A DNA stretch of 63,705 nt, the filler included, from Aduncisulcus paluster (lineage: Eukaryota): the NCBI GenBank assembly GCA_024181965.1. It is 5 parts of 5 records of this genome, joined end to end, with 100 filler letters (N's around TTAATTAATTAA, not from the genome) between each part and the next. Parts side by side here need not be neighbours in the genome. Positions count along the whole stretch, not along the records: positions 59,174 to 63,705 come from BQXS01011023.1; 4 more parts are not named here. One strand, given 5' to 3'. The notes beneath the pieces are model-generated. The model saw nothing but the letters and a program-made list of their open reading frames with translations. It was not told the DNA's origin and ran no database searches. Shown here in pieces: positions 61,018-63,705 of this stretch (position 1 is the first letter of the stretch; every line of letters begins with the position of its first letter). The position numbers and the translations under genes were made by a program.

Positions 61018-63705
61018 ATGGAGGAGAAAACGACAGGAGATATGCGCTATGCTAATGGCGATTTCTATTCTGTATGTTATTTTTTAAAAATTTAGTTATT
61101 TCTATTCTAAAATGTTTCACTCATTTTCATCCTCTTATTCACATTTATATCCCTATATATTTTATTGTTTTTAGGGTCAATGGCATTCTGGACGCAGATG
61201 GGGCAAAGGTACTTGCCAATATCACAATGGAGAAGTATATGAAGGAGAATGGTGTCGAGATCAACGAAATTATCATGGAAAGCAGACGTATGAGAACGGT
61301 GATGTCTATGAAGGAGATTGGCTTGATGATGAGCCGCATGGTAAAGGATCTTTGACCTTCGTTTTGGGTGATGTTTATCAAGGAACTTTTGTCCATGGTG
61401 TCGTTGAAGGTGAGGGAACTCTCCAGTATTCTACAGGTGATAAATATAGAGGCCAGTTTGTTGACGGTGTTAAAACCGGCAAAGGTACACTTCAATTACA
61501 TAATGGTGACGTTTTCACAGGAAAGTGGGCCAATGATCGTAGGAATGGATTTGGAGAATGTAAATACCATTCTGGAGAAATATATGAAGGAGAATGGAAG
61601 GATGATTTTCGTAATGGGATCGGTAAATGTGTATATCCAGATGGATTGATATATGAAGGTGAATGGTTGGATGATATCCCCACAGGAAAGTGTATTATGT
61701 ATCACAAAGAAGACACTGATAAAAGACCAAGCCTGTCTGATTATTCTTCCCTTTTACATCCTTGGTATGAGGGTACTGCTGTCAACAGAGTTCGTCATGG
61801 TGAAGGAATTCTTTTTATCCACTCGGAATCGCTTTCTTTCGTGTATAATGGACACTTTGAAGAAGGAGAAATGGAAGGAGAAGGCCAGACCATTCATCTC
61901 GGTGGAGAGCGTTATAAAGGATCTTTTGTTGAAGGAATGCGGGAAGGAAGAGGAAAATGTGCCTACTCTGACGGAAGTACCTATGAAGGTCAGTGGAAAG
62001 CTGGGTTCCGTGAAGGAGAAGGTGACTTTAAAGGATCTGATGGCTGTACATACAGTGGTTCCTGGATTCGTGGAAAACAAGACGGGAATGGAGTTATGGT
62101 TTATTCAAACGGAGACACGTACCGTGGACACTTTAAAGATGGAATGCGTGATGTTACAGGGCTGTGTATCTTCAATGATGGCAGTACTTACAAGGGGGGA
62201 TGGAAGAACGATCTCATGGAGGGGCAGGGTGAATTTGTTGGGGCTAATCAGGATAAGTATACTGGTTATTTCTCCAACGGTGCTCGTGTCGGAGAAGGAA
62301 AGGTGACAAAGAGCAATGGAATCGAATTTATTGTCAAATGGCTCGAAGAAGACGAAGAGCTCGATGCCTTCACCTTTGTTTCAGACATTGTAAGAAGGAA
62401 GGAATCAAGAAGAAAACAACGGGACCGTGCTGATGGCAAGATGGTACCTCCGTCCGATAAATCCAAGACCATGGATGAGCCCTCTGAGGATGATATTATT
62501 CCCCCAACTCCGACTCTTCCCAACCATAAACTCTCTTCCTCAGAGCCTGTATTGGATGATGTCTCTGGAGCTGTCCCACACGGAGCTGAAGTGACGGATG
62601 ACGAACAACGCATTCAGACCCTTTCCTCTGAGCTCTTGCATATGTTTCCCCTGTGCACAATTACCTATAGCACCGGGGATGTCTATATTGGTGGGTTTAA
62701 CTGGACTATGCGAGAAGGAGTCGGTCGCATGGAGTATGTTAATGGAAATGTCTATCAAGGAGAGTGGAAAGAGGACAGGATTGAGGGAGAAGGTGGCATG
62801 GAGTATGAACCTGGCACTAAGAAATACATTCCCATCCGCAAAGGAATGATATCTGGACCCGATGTTGTTGAATATCAGGGAGAGTGGCGTGATGGTGTAT
62901 ACCATGGTGACGGTGTCTTATTCGTCATGGACGGAAGCATTGAATGTGCCTTTGAGGATGGTATCGCCATTGGAAATGGTCGTCGTTCCTGGAATGATGG
63001 ACGTATCTTCGAAGGGGAGATTCGTGGACATCCCTATGGGTATGGAAAGTTACACTTTGATTCTGGGACATTCATCCAGTGTAACACATTCGACAATGAT
63101 GTTGCCACTGGCGTTGGAGTTATTTTCTATGATGATGGTGGACAGTACAAGGGCATGATGACAAATGGCGCACGCGACGGGGAAGGAGAGATGAAATGGC
63201 AGGACGGGACTGTGTATGAGGGGGAATGGCACCATAACCTGATGTGTGGGAGTGGGAAATGTGTTTATTCCAGTGGAGATATGTATGAGGGTCAGTTCTT
63301 AAACAACAAGCGTCATGGTACAGGTTATCAGAAGTATTCAAATGGTGATCAATATGAAGGAGAGTGGAATGAAGGCAATAGGGAGGGTAAGGGAAGTGTC
63401 ATCCTTGTCTGTGGAATGAAATATGATGGAGATTGGAAACACGATGAGATGGAGGGGCGTGGAAAGGCTAGTTACAATGACGGGTGTGAATATGAGGGTG
63501 AATGGCAGGCTGGAAGGAGACACGGAGGAGGAACTATGATCTATCCAAGTGGCAACACTTACTGTGGAGAGTGGAAACAAGGAAACAGACACGGGAAAGG
63601 AAACTACCTGTTCCATGATGCTCCTTCAACCGACAAACAATTCTATGATGCAGACAACAAACCACTCGATATAGCTCCATTCAAACCTCAAAATGTCTTC
63701 GACGG
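61018..63705 (+). CDS. MORN-repeat protein, 3'-partial; exon 1 61018-61071, intron 61072-61174, exon 2 61175 to window end
   Basis: MEEKTTGDMRYANGDFYS|GQWHSGRRWGKG across GTATGT..TAG, then many YEGEWxxxxRxGxG repeats. It is absent from the ORF track, consistent with having no stop in the window. Confidence 0.92.

Noticed and set aside
1-63705. Alternative genetic code (TAA/TAG read as Gln, as in hexamitid diplomonads)
   Set aside because: Multi-kb ORFs are open in the standard code and recognisable genes end at TAA, TAG and TGA.
1-63705. CRISPR arrays, operons or prokaryotic defence systems
   Set aside because: No repeat-spacer arrays or cas-like ORFs; introns and gene content are eukaryotic.

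Overview
Eukaryotic, gene-dense, intron-poor protist DNA in the standard genetic code. The gene families (kinase with tandem beta-sandwich repeats, ~345-aa helical repeat arrays, bacterial-type NADP-GDH, GTATGT introns) suggest a free-living fornicate/metamonad such as a Carpediemonas-like organism; this is inference. The window is five separate scaffolds joined by artificial 100-nt N44-TTAATTAATTAA-N44 linkers, so adjacency across linkers means nothing. Five 20-N gaps are each flanked by duplicated overlaps (assembly artefacts). Recognisable genes: HAD hydrolase, long-form RNase Z, TALE homeodomain protein, RGS protein, 7-repeat kinase, HPS5/TECPR2-like propeller protein, GH5 endoglycoceramidase-like enzyme, secreted 2H phosphoesterase, NADP-GDH (5' part), a MORN-repeat gene, the 3' end of an RLE (CRE-like) non-LTR retrotransposon and a possible hAT fragment. 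Signals the ORF track misses: a head-to-head pair of spliced triple-PH-like paralogues sharing an intron position, a candidate ~175-nt multibranch ncRNA, a probable very divergent APC1, a repeat domain reused inside and outside the kinase family, and a tandem-LIR micro-ORF.
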